Positions 28,735 to 37,057 of a stretch of DNA of 38,699 bases are shown here, piece after piece. Every line of letters begins with the position of its first letter. The stretch's first letter is position 1. Both the position numbers and the translations under genes were made by a program. The notes under the pieces are model-generated. The model did no database searches. It was not told the DNA's origin and saw nothing but the letters and a program-made list of their open reading frames with translations. The stretch spans positions 1 through 38,699 of the forward strand of contig JAZNXP010000032.1 in assembly GCA_045593965.1 (NCBI GenBank). The letters run 5' to 3'. This stretch comes from Eubacteriales bacterium (GTDB lineage: Bacteria; Bacillota; Clostridia; Oscillospirales; CAG-272).

Positions 28735-28763
28735 TTGCATTTTCTCAAGAAGTGTGATATACT
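28735..28763 (+). promoter_or_regulatory. Sigma-A promoter of rimM-trmD
   Basis: TTGCAT-N17-TATACT with TG extension. Confidence 0.7.
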
Positions 28764-28830
28764 AATATTGCTTTTGAAGCATCAGCCTGTATCAAAAAAC
28801 GTACTTTTCGGAAAGGACATCCTTTTGCAT

Positions 28831-29355
28831 ATGAAGAAACAGTATCTGGAATGCGGAAAGATCATCAATACACACGGCTTTCGCGGAACCGTGAAGCTGG
28901 AATCATGGTGCGATTTTCCGCAGATCCTTGCACAGTTACCGTATTTGTATATCGAAAAAGGGAACGATTATCTTCCCATGAAGGTATTACATACCTCGAT
29001 CTTCCGTCAGTTCGTACTGGCGGATCTGGAGGGGGTAGACTCCGAAGAGGCGGCAAATCGCTTGCGCAATACGGTCGTTTTCGCATCCCGTGACGATATT
29101 CCCGTTGAGGAAGGCAGTCATTTTATCGTGGATCTGATTGGGCTTCCCGTGAAGGATGCCGATAGCGGAGAGCTACTCGGTACCCTGACGGACGTCAATA
29201 CGCGCGGTGCGATCGAGCTTTATATCGTCCGCACTCCTACGGGAGAATATATGGTTCCCGCGGTAGAGCAATTTATTGATCGTATTGATCTTGAGGATGC
29301 GATCTATATACGACCGATCCCGGGACTTCTGGACGGAGGCGCGGAAAACGTATGA
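28831..29355 (+). CDS. rimM: Ribosome maturation factor RimM
   Basis: GKIINTHGFRGTVK, DLIGL, MVPAV, IPGLLD; start ATG 28831. Confidence 0.95.
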   Translation: MKKQYLECGKIINTHGFRGTVKLESWCDFPQILAQLPYLYIEKGNDYLPMKVLHTSIFRQFVLADLEGVDSEEAANRLRNTVVFASRDDIPVEEGSHFIVDLIGLPVKDADSGELLGTLTDVNTRGAIELYIVRTPTGEYMVPAVEQFIDRIDLEDAIYIRPIPGLLDGGAENV

Positions 29356-30071
29356 GATTTGACATTATGACTCTGTTTCCCGACCTAGTCAATACGGTGC
29401 TGGGAGAAAGCATCATCGGGCGTGCGCAGAAAAGCGGAGCGATCACCGTTTGCACGCATAATATTCGGGATTATTCCGAGGATAAGCACAAACGCGTGGA
29501 TGATACCCCATACGGCGGCGGAATGGGAATGCTGATGATGGCACCGCCGATCTATAATTGCTATACCGCCATTCTCGACCGCCAGAAGGATGAGGGGTTC
29601 GAGGCGAAGGCACGTCGCGTGATCTATCTCTCTCCGATGGGAAAGGTATTGACGCAATCGCGTGCCGCAGAGCTCGCAAAAGAGTATGATAATCTGATCC
29701 TTCTTTGCGGACATTACGAAGGGGTTGACAGACGCATCGTGGATGAGATCGTGGATGAGGAGATTTCGATCGGTGATTACGTTTTAACGGGCGGAGAGAT
29801 CCCTGCGTGTATCCTGACCGACTGCGTTTCAAGACTGCTTGACGGTGTTCTGTCCGATGCGGAGTGTTACGAAAAAGAGAGTATTTCCTCGGGAATGTTG
29901 GAATATCCCCAATATACGCGTCCATATGAATACCACGGCGTTCGCGTCCCCGATGTGCTCATCTCGGGGCATCATGCCAATATCGAGCGATGGAGAGAGG
30001 AACAAGCCTTGCAGCTGACGCAAAAATTGCGTCCCGATCTTCTCAAAAACCGAAATAAGGAAAATGAATAG
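29352..30071 (+). CDS. trmD: tRNA (guanine37-N1)-methyltransferase
   Basis: VDDTPYGGG, CGHYEGVD, SIGDYVLTGGE, LEYPQYTRP. Confidence 0.98.
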   Translation: MRFDIMTLFPDLVNTVLGESIIGRAQKSGAITVCTHNIRDYSEDKHKRVDDTPYGGGMGMLMMAPPIYNCYTAILDRQKDEGFEAKARRVIYLSPMGKVLTQSRAAELAKEYDNLILLCGHYEGVDRRIVDEIVDEEISIGDYVLTGGEIPACILTDCVSRLLDGVLSDAECYEKESISSGMLEYPQYTRPYEYHGVRVPDVLISGHHANIERWREEQALQLTQKLRPDLLKNRNKENE

Positions 30072-30118
30072 TTCAAGCCTCTACATATCCTGCATTGCAG
30101 CTTATGTGGAGGTTTTTT

Positions 30119-31972
30119 ATGCGCCGAGAGAAGAAAAAAAGTATAATATGGGAATTGGGAGCTCACGCTTCCAAATGGATCCGCATATTTTGCGGACGAA
30201 GTAAAATTTTGCAAGGCATGAGTAAAATTTGGGATCATTTGACAAGAAGAACGGAAGAAAGCATATTCTTTTCCTTGCAAAGCTCAAACCGCAGGCGCAT
30301 CGCACCGTCACCATTATATTATCATTCTTTAAAAGCACATGAAGAAAGTCTTTTGCTCGGATTTGGAAGGCGCACGTTGCGCAGTTTTTTGTCGCTCTCC
30401 TTGAATTCCGTCGGGTTCTTTTTGTTGCTATACGGCGGCTTTTCCATTTTGCTCGCTTTGCTTCAAGCGCATCTTGGAAAAAGTGGAGATACGGTATATT
30501 TGCCGTTTTTGACAATTCTTTCATCCGTTCCGCTGTTGCCGTCAAGAAAAAGCATTTACGGCGCGCTTTGGTCAAGCAGGATCGGCAGGTGGTTTATGAC
30601 GGATATTTTGGGGATCACTCAAGAACGCCAAACAGATCCAACCGAGCATGGGAAAGAACGTCCCGCGGGTGCGCTTCTTTGCGCGGCTTTGGCAAGTGCG
30701 ATCGGGTTGCTTCTTCCGTTTCCGAGTCTCTTGTTGATCGTTTTGCTCCTGAACCTACTGTGCATCTTTGCCTTTTTGCCCGAATTATTGTTTCTGACGA
30801 TTCTCTTTTTATTTCCGTTTTTTTCCATGCTCCGTCACAGCACGCTCCCGCTGCTTGGAGGAATGCTTTTGTTCTTCGTGCTTTGGCTGCGAAAGGTCTT
30901 TTGCGGCAAGCGCATCCTTCATTGGGGAATCGTTGAAGGAACCGTTGGACTCTTTGCGGTCGGATACGCTATTTCGGCTGCTTTTGGAAGTCGATCGGGA
31001 ATGCTTTTCGGCTTGACGTCTGCCTTCTTTGTAAGCAGCTTTTTTCTTGCGCAAAGTCTTTTTTCAAGACCGATCTGGAGAGAACGGGCGGTTATAGCCA
31101 TGCAATGCGGTGGGATTTTATGTGCGATGATCGGTATTTGGCAGGCAATCGGAGGTAAACTTGAATTGCGTTGGGTAGATCTCAACCGCTTTTCTTCCGC
31201 TCCTACGCGTGTGGTCGGGACATTTTCAAACCCCAATTTTTTGGCTCTCTATTTGGTATTCCTTTTGCCGATCGCGCTTGCCGGAATGTTAAATACGTCT
31301 TATTCCGTACGACGCAGAAGCTTTTTTGCGTTCTCGTTTTTTACGGAAGGAATTTGTATCGTCCTGACTTATACGCGCGGCGCGTGGGTCGGAGCATTGA
31401 TCTCTGCTTTTTTATTCTTACTTCTTGCCGATCAAAAAACGAATACAGCATTGATCTTGTCCCCGATTGTGTGGCTGCCGTTGATTCCGTTTTTACCAAA
31501 TCAGATCCGCGAACGCTTTGCAAGCATCGGAATGCACGCGGATTCTTCGGTCAGATATCGGTATGCCACGTGGAAAAGCACACTTCGCATCATTCGGGAG
31601 CATCCGTTTGGAATCGGTATTGGCGCGGATGCGTTTTCGGCGGTCTATCCTTATTATGCGATCAGCGGAACGGAAACCGTTATGCACGCGCATCAATTGG
31701 GACTGCAGCTCCTTTTGGAGCTTGGAATTTTCGGTGGAGTTTTGTTCTGCGCGCTTGTTTTTTTGTTTCTTTGCGCATTGACTCGAGAATGCTTTGTGTC
31801 GGAGGGGAAGGAGCGCTTTGAGAGCTTGGGACCCGCTTGCTCCTTGATCGCGGTTTTGATCATGGGACTGTTTGACCACATTTGGTATCATCAGGGCTTA
31901 TTCGCGCTGTTTTGGATCATTTTGGCACTTTTTTTTGCGCCGATTGCCGAGAAAAATACAAATTGGAGGTAA
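30119..31972 (+). CDS. O-antigen ligase/Wzy_C-family (IctB-like) polytopic membrane protein
   Basis: RVVGTFSNPNFLA, LTYTRGAW, DSSVRYR, GIGIG, HAHQ..LELG; ATG 30119 behind GGAGG. Confidence 0.85.
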   Translation: MRREKKKSIIWELGAHASKWIRIFCGRSKILQGMSKIWDHLTRRTEESIFFSLQSSNRRRIAPSPLYYHSLKAHEESLLLGFGRRTLRSFLSLSLNSVGFFLLLYGGFSILLALLQAHLGKSGDTVYLPFLTILSSVPLLPSRKSIYGALWSSRIGRWFMTDILGITQERQTDPTEHGKERPAGALLCAALASAIGLLLPFPSLLLIVLLLNLLCIFAFLPELLFLTILFLFPFFSMLRHSTLPLLGGMLLFFVLWLRKVFCGKRILHWGIVEGTVGLFAVGYAISAAFGSRSGMLFGLTSAFFVSSFFLAQSLFSRPIWRERAVIAMQCGGILCAMIGIWQAIGGKLELRWVDLNRFSSAPTRVVGTFSNPNFLALYLVFLLPIALAGMLNTSYSVRRRSFFAFSFFTEGICIVLTYTRGAWVGALISAFLFLLLADQKTNTALILSPIVWLPLIPFLPNQIRERFASIGMHADSSVRYRYATWKSTLRIIREHPFGIGIGADAFSAVYPYYAISGTETVMHAHQLGLQLLLELGIFGGVLFCALVFLFLCALTRECFVSEGKERFESLGPACSLIAVLIMGLFDHIWYHQGLFALFWIILALFFAPIAEKNTNWR

Positions 31973-31975
31973 AGG

Positions 31976-32470
31976 ATGGAAAAGGAAAGAAAATCACGCC
32001 TTTCGGGAGTGGATTGGGCGATCATACTGCTCATGCTGATCTTGGTCATCGGAGGTGCTTTCTTTGTTTACCGCTCCTTGATTGGAACACAAAATGCAAC
32101 GACGATTTCTTATCGGATCTGTCTTTCGGGACTTTCGGATGAAGAAGGGCAAGGCATTTGGAGAAAACGCTTGACCATGGGAGCTCCCGTATATTCCGAA
32201 AACGGTACGGCATTTCTCGGCACCCTTATCGCGGTTGAAATCCGAGAGCATAAAGATGTGACGTTGGTTGAAAACGAGATCAAAACGGTGAATGTTCCGC
32301 AAAAATATGACGTATTTGTAACCGTCAAAGCCGAGGCAACGCTGCAAGCGGGAAACGGCTTTCGTGTTTCGGACATCCGAATTGCCGCAGGTGGTAACGG
32401 TACGTTTCGGATCGGCAGCTACTATGCAAAAAATGTAAAAATATATTCCGTAAAGGCGGTGGAAGCATGA
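31976..32470 (+). CDS. DUF4330-like membrane-anchored protein
   Basis: N-terminal 'VDWAIILL' TM anchor and beta-rich domain (LGTL..VE, YDVFVTV); GGAGG RBS. Confidence 0.7.
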   Translation: MEKERKSRLSGVDWAIILLMLILVIGGAFFVYRSLIGTQNATTISYRICLSGLSDEEGQGIWRKRLTMGAPVYSENGTAFLGTLIAVEIREHKDVTLVENEIKTVNVPQKYDVFVTVKAEATLQAGNGFRVSDIRIAAGGNGTFRIGSYYAKNVKIYSVKAVEA

Positions 32471-32958
32471 AGCCGAAGAAAGGAAATCTTTTGGACCTTT
32501 TTTTCATTTTGGCGGTGTTGCTGGGTGGAGTCGGTGTGATAATGCGAGGGGTTTCGGAACGTGAGAAGATCGCTTCGGATACGCTGGAAAGCTACACGGT
32601 GTTGCTTGAGGCGAAGAGCGTTCCGTACGAGGTTTCAGATTGCATCTTTGATGAAGCTTCGCTTTATACGCTGCAGGGAGAATATTTCGGTACTTTGGAG
32701 GAGCATCAGATCACGCCTGCTAAAGTCAGTATCCGCAAGGACGGACAGGATCATTCGGGATATTGGCAGGAGGACACTTTTTGCGACGTCCGTTTGTCCG
32801 TACGAGTGGAGGGGCTTTTGAGTGACCACGGCTTTTTGCGTGGAGGGCAGTATGCTATTTTGTGCGGACAGGAGATGACGTTGTATTCTGATCACGCCCA
32901 GATCAGCTGCGTTGTTCTCGATTTTTATTCAAATATGGATAGAATTCGTGCTTTTTAA
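32467..32958 (+). CDS. DUF4330-like membrane-anchored protein (tandem paralogue)
   Basis: 'NLLDLFFIL' anchor, FGTL and CDVRLSV parallel to the previous gene; ATGA overlap. Confidence 0.7.
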   Translation: MKPKKGNLLDLFFILAVLLGGVGVIMRGVSEREKIASDTLESYTVLLEAKSVPYEVSDCIFDEASLYTLQGEYFGTLEEHQITPAKVSIRKDGQDHSGYWQEDTFCDVRLSVRVEGLLSDHGFLRGGQYAILCGQEMTLYSDHAQISCVVLDFYSNMDRIRAF

Positions 32959-33024
32959 CCGAAAATGTATGAATTTTGCACGAAAAAATGTGCTTTCAAT
33001 TGTCAAAATACGCTATATTGCCTA

Positions 33025-33053
33025 TTGATTTTCGTTTTTTGATTTGTTATACT
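33025..33053 (+). promoter_or_regulatory. Sigma-A promoter of ptsH
   Basis: TTGATT-N17-TATACT with TG extension. Confidence 0.65.
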
Positions 33054-33118
33054 ATATGTAATATTAAGTAAACTACCGTCATTGACGGATAAAATCCTAA
33101 CATTTTGGAGCAACAAGT

Positions 33119-33385
33119 ATGATTTCAAGAGATATCGTTATCAGCAATGCCAGCGGACTGCACGCGCGTCCCGCAACCTTCTTCATTCAGAAGGCAAATT
33201 CCTATAAAAGTTCCATTTGGATCGAAAAAGAAGATCGAAAGGTCAATGCAAAGAGCTTGCTTGGCGTTTTGTCTTTGGGTATTGCTAAAGGAATGACCAT
33301 CACGCTGATTGCGGACGGTCCTGACGAGAATGCTGCCATCACAGGTTTGGTAGAATTGATCGACAGCGGTTTTTCGGAAATCTAA
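33119..33385 (+). CDS. ptsH: HPr phosphocarrier protein
   Basis: GLHARPA (His15) and NAKSLLGV (Ser46). Confidence 0.95.
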   Translation: MISRDIVISNASGLHARPATFFIQKANSYKSSIWIEKEDRKVNAKSLLGVLSLGIAKGMTITLIADGPDENAAITGLVELIDSGFSEI

Positions 33386-33397
33386 ATCTGATAGAGC

Positions 33398-33445
33398 AAA
33401 GCGGTGTGGTTGACGGACGGATTCGTTTGTACACACCGCTTTTTA
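33398..33445 (+). terminator. Terminator/attenuating hairpin between ptsH and uvrC
   Basis: AAAGCGGTGTG / CACACCGCTTT outer stem, extendable inner pairing, T-run. Confidence 0.7.
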
Positions 33446-33475
33446 TAACGCTACGAATGAAACGGAGGGATCGCA

Positions 33476-35341
33476 TTGGCAATGACGGAAGAGATCCGAC
33501 AAAAGCTTTTGGAAAAAGCCAATACACTACCGCTTTGCTCGGGCGTTTATTTGATGAAGGACAAAACGGGAAAGGTGATCTACGTCGGCAAATCCCGTAA
33601 GCTCAAGCAGCGCGTTTCTCAATATTTTCAGAATGGTGAAAAGAACGTCAAGACCGCGAGAATGGTATCGTTGGTGCGGGATTTTGACTATTATCTTTGC
33701 GATAATGAGATGGAAGCACTGTCCCTTGAAAATACGTTGATCAAGCAATATACACCAAAATACAACATCCGTCTTAAGGATGCAAAGTCTTATCCGTATA
33801 TCAAGCTGACGAACGAGCTTTATCCGCGTCTGCAATTTACGCGCCGCCGATCAAGCGACAAAGCCAAATATTTTGGTCCCTATTCAGGCTCTTCAACGGC
33901 GTATTCCTTGATTGAACTGTTACGCAAGACCCTGCGCCTTCCGTCCTGCTCACGCAAATTTCCACGCGACATCGGCAAAGGTCGCCCTTGTATGAATTAT
34001 CAGATCAACCGTTGCTGCGGTGTTTGCACAGGTCAGGTTTCTCCCGAGGAATACGCGCAAATGATCCAAAACGCGATCGAGATCCTGGGCGGAAAAAGCA
34101 ATGCGGTCAAAAAACGTTTGGAAGAGGAAATGTATGCTCATGCCGAGGCGGAACGGTACGAGGCGGCGGCAAAGTGCAGAGATACGATCCATGCGCTGGA
34201 TGCAATCGGACAGAAGCAAAAGGTCGTAGCCGCTCCCGATATCGAGCAAGACGTGATCGCGTTTTACGCCGACGAGCTTTGCTCTTGTGTGTCCGTGTTC
34301 TATATTCGCTCGGGCGTGCTGCAGGACAAGGCGGATTTTCTCTACGGTGCGGATAGCATTTTGGAAGCCGAGGATATGAGCGCGTTTATTTGTGAGCATT
34401 ATAAGATGCGTGAATATATTCCGCCACAGGTTCTGCTTGCATTTGAGCTTGAAGACGAGGAGTTGAAGATGCTTTCCGAGTATTTGAGCAATTTGGCAGG
34501 ACACAAGGTCACGGTTCGTGTTCCCGAGCGCGGCGCATGGAAGACCTTCTGCGATCTGGTCGAAAAGAACGCGGCGGATCGCGCAAAGCTTTATAAGATC
34601 AACACGGAGCGCAATGAAGGAACGCTGATGCATCTTGCCGAGCTGCTACGTCTGGAAAGCTATCCGACACGCATCGAGGCGTATGACATCTCCAATTTCG
34701 GAAGCGAGCATTTGACGGCGGGAATGATCGTTTGCAAGGACGGAAAATTCTCAAAAGCGGATTACAGATATTTTAATATCCGTTCTGTTACGGACAGCAC
34801 GGATGACTATGCCTCCATGCGAGAAGCGTTGGAACGCCGTCTGGAGCATCTGACCGATGCGGACGGTTCGTTTGCGGAATTGCCCGATCTGATCCTTCTG
34901 GACGGCGGCAAGGGACATGTTTCAACCGTCCTTGGGCTATTGGAAGAAAAGGGAATCGATATTCCCGTGTTCGGCATGGTGAAGGATGATTATCATAAGA
35001 CGCGCGCACTTTGTACGGATTCCGACGAGATCAGTATCGCAAAGGAGCAAGACGTATTTTCGCTGATCTACCGCATTCAGGAAGAGGTGCATCGGTTTAC
35101 GGTGAGTCGCATGAGTCAAGCCAAGCAGAAAACACTCAGGACGTCTTCCTTGACAAAGATCGCGGGGATCGGAGATACAAAGGCGAAAAAGCTATTATCG
35201 GCATTCGGCGGCATTGGAGCAATCAAAAAAGCGACGGTGGATGAGCTGAAGGCAACCAAAGGCATATCCGCACGGGATGCGGAAACGGTATGGAAGTATT
35301 TTCACAAAGAGGATGACGGAAAGGAGAAGACTGCATTATGA
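33476..35341 (+). CDS. uvrC: Excinuclease ABC subunit C
   Basis: GIY-YIG (GVYLM..IYVGKS), Cys-rich segment, ERYEAAAKCRD, IEAYDISN, PDLILLDGGKG, HhH tail. Confidence 0.97.
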   Translation: MAMTEEIRQKLLEKANTLPLCSGVYLMKDKTGKVIYVGKSRKLKQRVSQYFQNGEKNVKTARMVSLVRDFDYYLCDNEMEALSLENTLIKQYTPKYNIRLKDAKSYPYIKLTNELYPRLQFTRRRSSDKAKYFGPYSGSSTAYSLIELLRKTLRLPSCSRKFPRDIGKGRPCMNYQINRCCGVCTGQVSPEEYAQMIQNAIEILGGKSNAVKKRLEEEMYAHAEAERYEAAAKCRDTIHALDAIGQKQKVVAAPDIEQDVIAFYADELCSCVSVFYIRSGVLQDKADFLYGADSILEAEDMSAFICEHYKMREYIPPQVLLAFELEDEELKMLSEYLSNLAGHKVTVRVPERGAWKTFCDLVEKNAADRAKLYKINTERNEGTLMHLAELLRLESYPTRIEAYDISNFGSEHLTAGMIVCKDGKFSKADYRYFNIRSVTDSTDDYASMREALERRLEHLTDADGSFAELPDLILLDGGKGHVSTVLGLLEEKGIDIPVFGMVKDDYHKTRALCTDSDEISIAKEQDVFSLIYRIQEEVHRFTVSRMSQAKQKTLRTSSLTKIAGIGDTKAKKLLSAFGGIGAIKKATVDELKATKGISARDAETVWKYFHKEDDGKEKTAL

Positions 35342-35931
35342 TGCGTATCATTACGGGAAAAGCGCGCGGAACCCAGCTCAAGGCTCCCGCGGGAGAAACG
35401 ACGCGTCCTACGTCGGAACGCGCAAAAGAAGCGATTTTCTCCATGCTTCAGTTTGAGCTGCAGGGAACAGAGGTGCTGGATCTTTTTGCGGGCTCGGGAC
35501 AAATGGGCTTGGAAGCACTCAGCAGAGGCGCGGCTCATGCCGTCTTTTGCGACTCTTCCAAAAGCGCACAGCAGATCATTCAGAGTAACTCGCTCAAAAC
35601 GAAGCTTGCTTTGCAATGCGAGATCTTTTCGAACGATTACCTGGCGCTTTTAAGATCCTTTCGCAAAAAAAGAAAATTCGATATCGTGTTTTTAGATCCG
35701 CCTTATGCGCTTGGTGCATTGCCGAAGGCGCTTCAAGCCTTGGTCGATTACGGTCTTTTATCGGACGGCGCAAAGCTGATTTGTGAAAGCGGGGCGGAGA
35801 ATGACGTTTTTGCTTCTGACGAAGCCTTAAGATCACATTTTGAGGTTTTGAAGGCTTCGCATTACGGCATTGCCTACGTGACGGTTTTGGCATATCGCGC
35901 AAAAGCGGAAGAAGAGGTGGGGAACGTATGA
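35338..35931 (+). CDS. rsmD: 16S rRNA m2G966 methyltransferase
   Basis: MRIITG, TRPT, LDLFAGSGQMGLEALSRGA, FLDPPY. Confidence 0.96.
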   Translation: MMRIITGKARGTQLKAPAGETTRPTSERAKEAIFSMLQFELQGTEVLDLFAGSGQMGLEALSRGAAHAVFCDSSKSAQQIIQSNSLKTKLALQCEIFSNDYLALLRSFRKKRKFDIVFLDPPYALGALPKALQALVDYGLLSDGAKLICESGAENDVFASDEALRSHFEVLKASHYGIAYVTVLAYRAKAEEEVGNV

Positions 35932-36425
35932 GTCTTGCAATCGTTCCGGGAAGCTTTGATCCCATGACGCTCGGTCACCTTGACTTGATTCGTGAAGCGG
36001 CAAAACGCTATGACGAGGTCGTTGTTGCCGTGATGATCAATGCGGAGAAGAAATATCTGTTTGATATGAAGGAACGGATCCGAATGGCAGAGCTGACGGT
36101 GTCGGAGCTGCCGAACGTGCGTGTGCTCGGAGATAGCGGAATGCTGATCGATCTTTTTGATCGGTTGCACGCAACGGCAGTTTTCAAATCCTATCGCAAT
36201 CAATCGGATCTGGAATATGAAACAAGCATGGCAGTTTGGAATCGGGAGCACAATCCTCGCTTCGTGACCGAATTGATCGAGGCAAAGGGCGAGCGTGCTT
36301 GCCTGAACGCGACGCAGGTTCGCGACGCCATGAAAAACGGAGAAATTCCGATAAATGACGTGCATCCTCTGATCCTTCCGATCCTGCAGGCAAAAATCAA
36401 CGAATGGAGTAAATCAGCATTATGA
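35928..36425 (+). CDS. coaD: Pantetheine-phosphate adenylyltransferase (divergent C-terminal motifs)
   Basis: PGSFDPMTLGH, DLEYE; conserved rsmD-coaD adjacency. Confidence 0.88.
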   Translation: MSLAIVPGSFDPMTLGHLDLIREAAKRYDEVVVAVMINAEKKYLFDMKERIRMAELTVSELPNVRVLGDSGMLIDLFDRLHATAVFKSYRNQSDLEYETSMAVWNREHNPRFVTELIEAKGERACLNATQVRDAMKNGEIPINDVHPLILPILQAKINEWSKSAL

Positions 36426-37057
36426 AATTGATGGATACGAAAAAATACGTTTTGAGCAGCATCATAACGTCCGCGATCTTTGGAATCATACTTGGTGTAT
36501 TGCTTCTGGTCATTCCCACAGATTTCCTTTTGAACGTTGTTTTTATCATCATGGGAATTGTGACGATCTTGAATAATATCCCCACGTTCACGATGGGCAT
36601 CGTTACGTTTTCCACTTTTGAGGGAAAGGTTTCCTTCTTTACGTCCTTGCTTTCCATGGTGATCGGCTTTGTGATGATCTTCTGGCGGATCAAGCTTTTG
36701 CTTTACGTTCTGGGAGCATATCTGATCCTGATGCCCGTCATCGATATTCTGTTTGCGGAGAAGAAGGTGGAGCGTCTGAAGGCGGAGATTCCCAAGCTGA
36801 TTTTAGGCGCGGTCATGCTGCTTTTAGGTCCTGCGCAAAGCTTGGATATTCTGTTTGACATTGCAGGCTGGGTCGTGATCGCGCTGACGGTCATATACGT
36901 TATTTCCATGATGATCACGATGAAGAAAAAGCAAAACGTGACAGGCTCTCGAGTTTTTGCAGATACGGACGGTGACGGTACGATCGATACTGTTTACGTA
37001 GATACAACGGGCGATGGCAAGGCAGATACCGCGATCCCCTATGATGACCGTTCATGA
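36422..37057 (+). CDS. HdeD/DUF308-like multi-pass membrane protein with C-terminal DxDxDG repeats
   Basis: About six hydrophobic helices with 'GIILGVLLLVIP' repeat style; tail DTDGDGTIDTVYVDTTGDGKAD; ATGA overlaps on both sides. Confidence 0.7.
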   Translation: MKLMDTKKYVLSSIITSAIFGIILGVLLLVIPTDFLLNVVFIIMGIVTILNNIPTFTMGIVTFSTFEGKVSFFTSLLSMVIGFVMIFWRIKLLLYVLGAYLILMPVIDILFAEKKVERLKAEIPKLILGAVMLLLGPAQSLDILFDIAGWVVIALTVIYVISMMITMKKKQNVTGSRVFADTDGDGTIDTVYVDTTGDGKADTAIPYDDRS

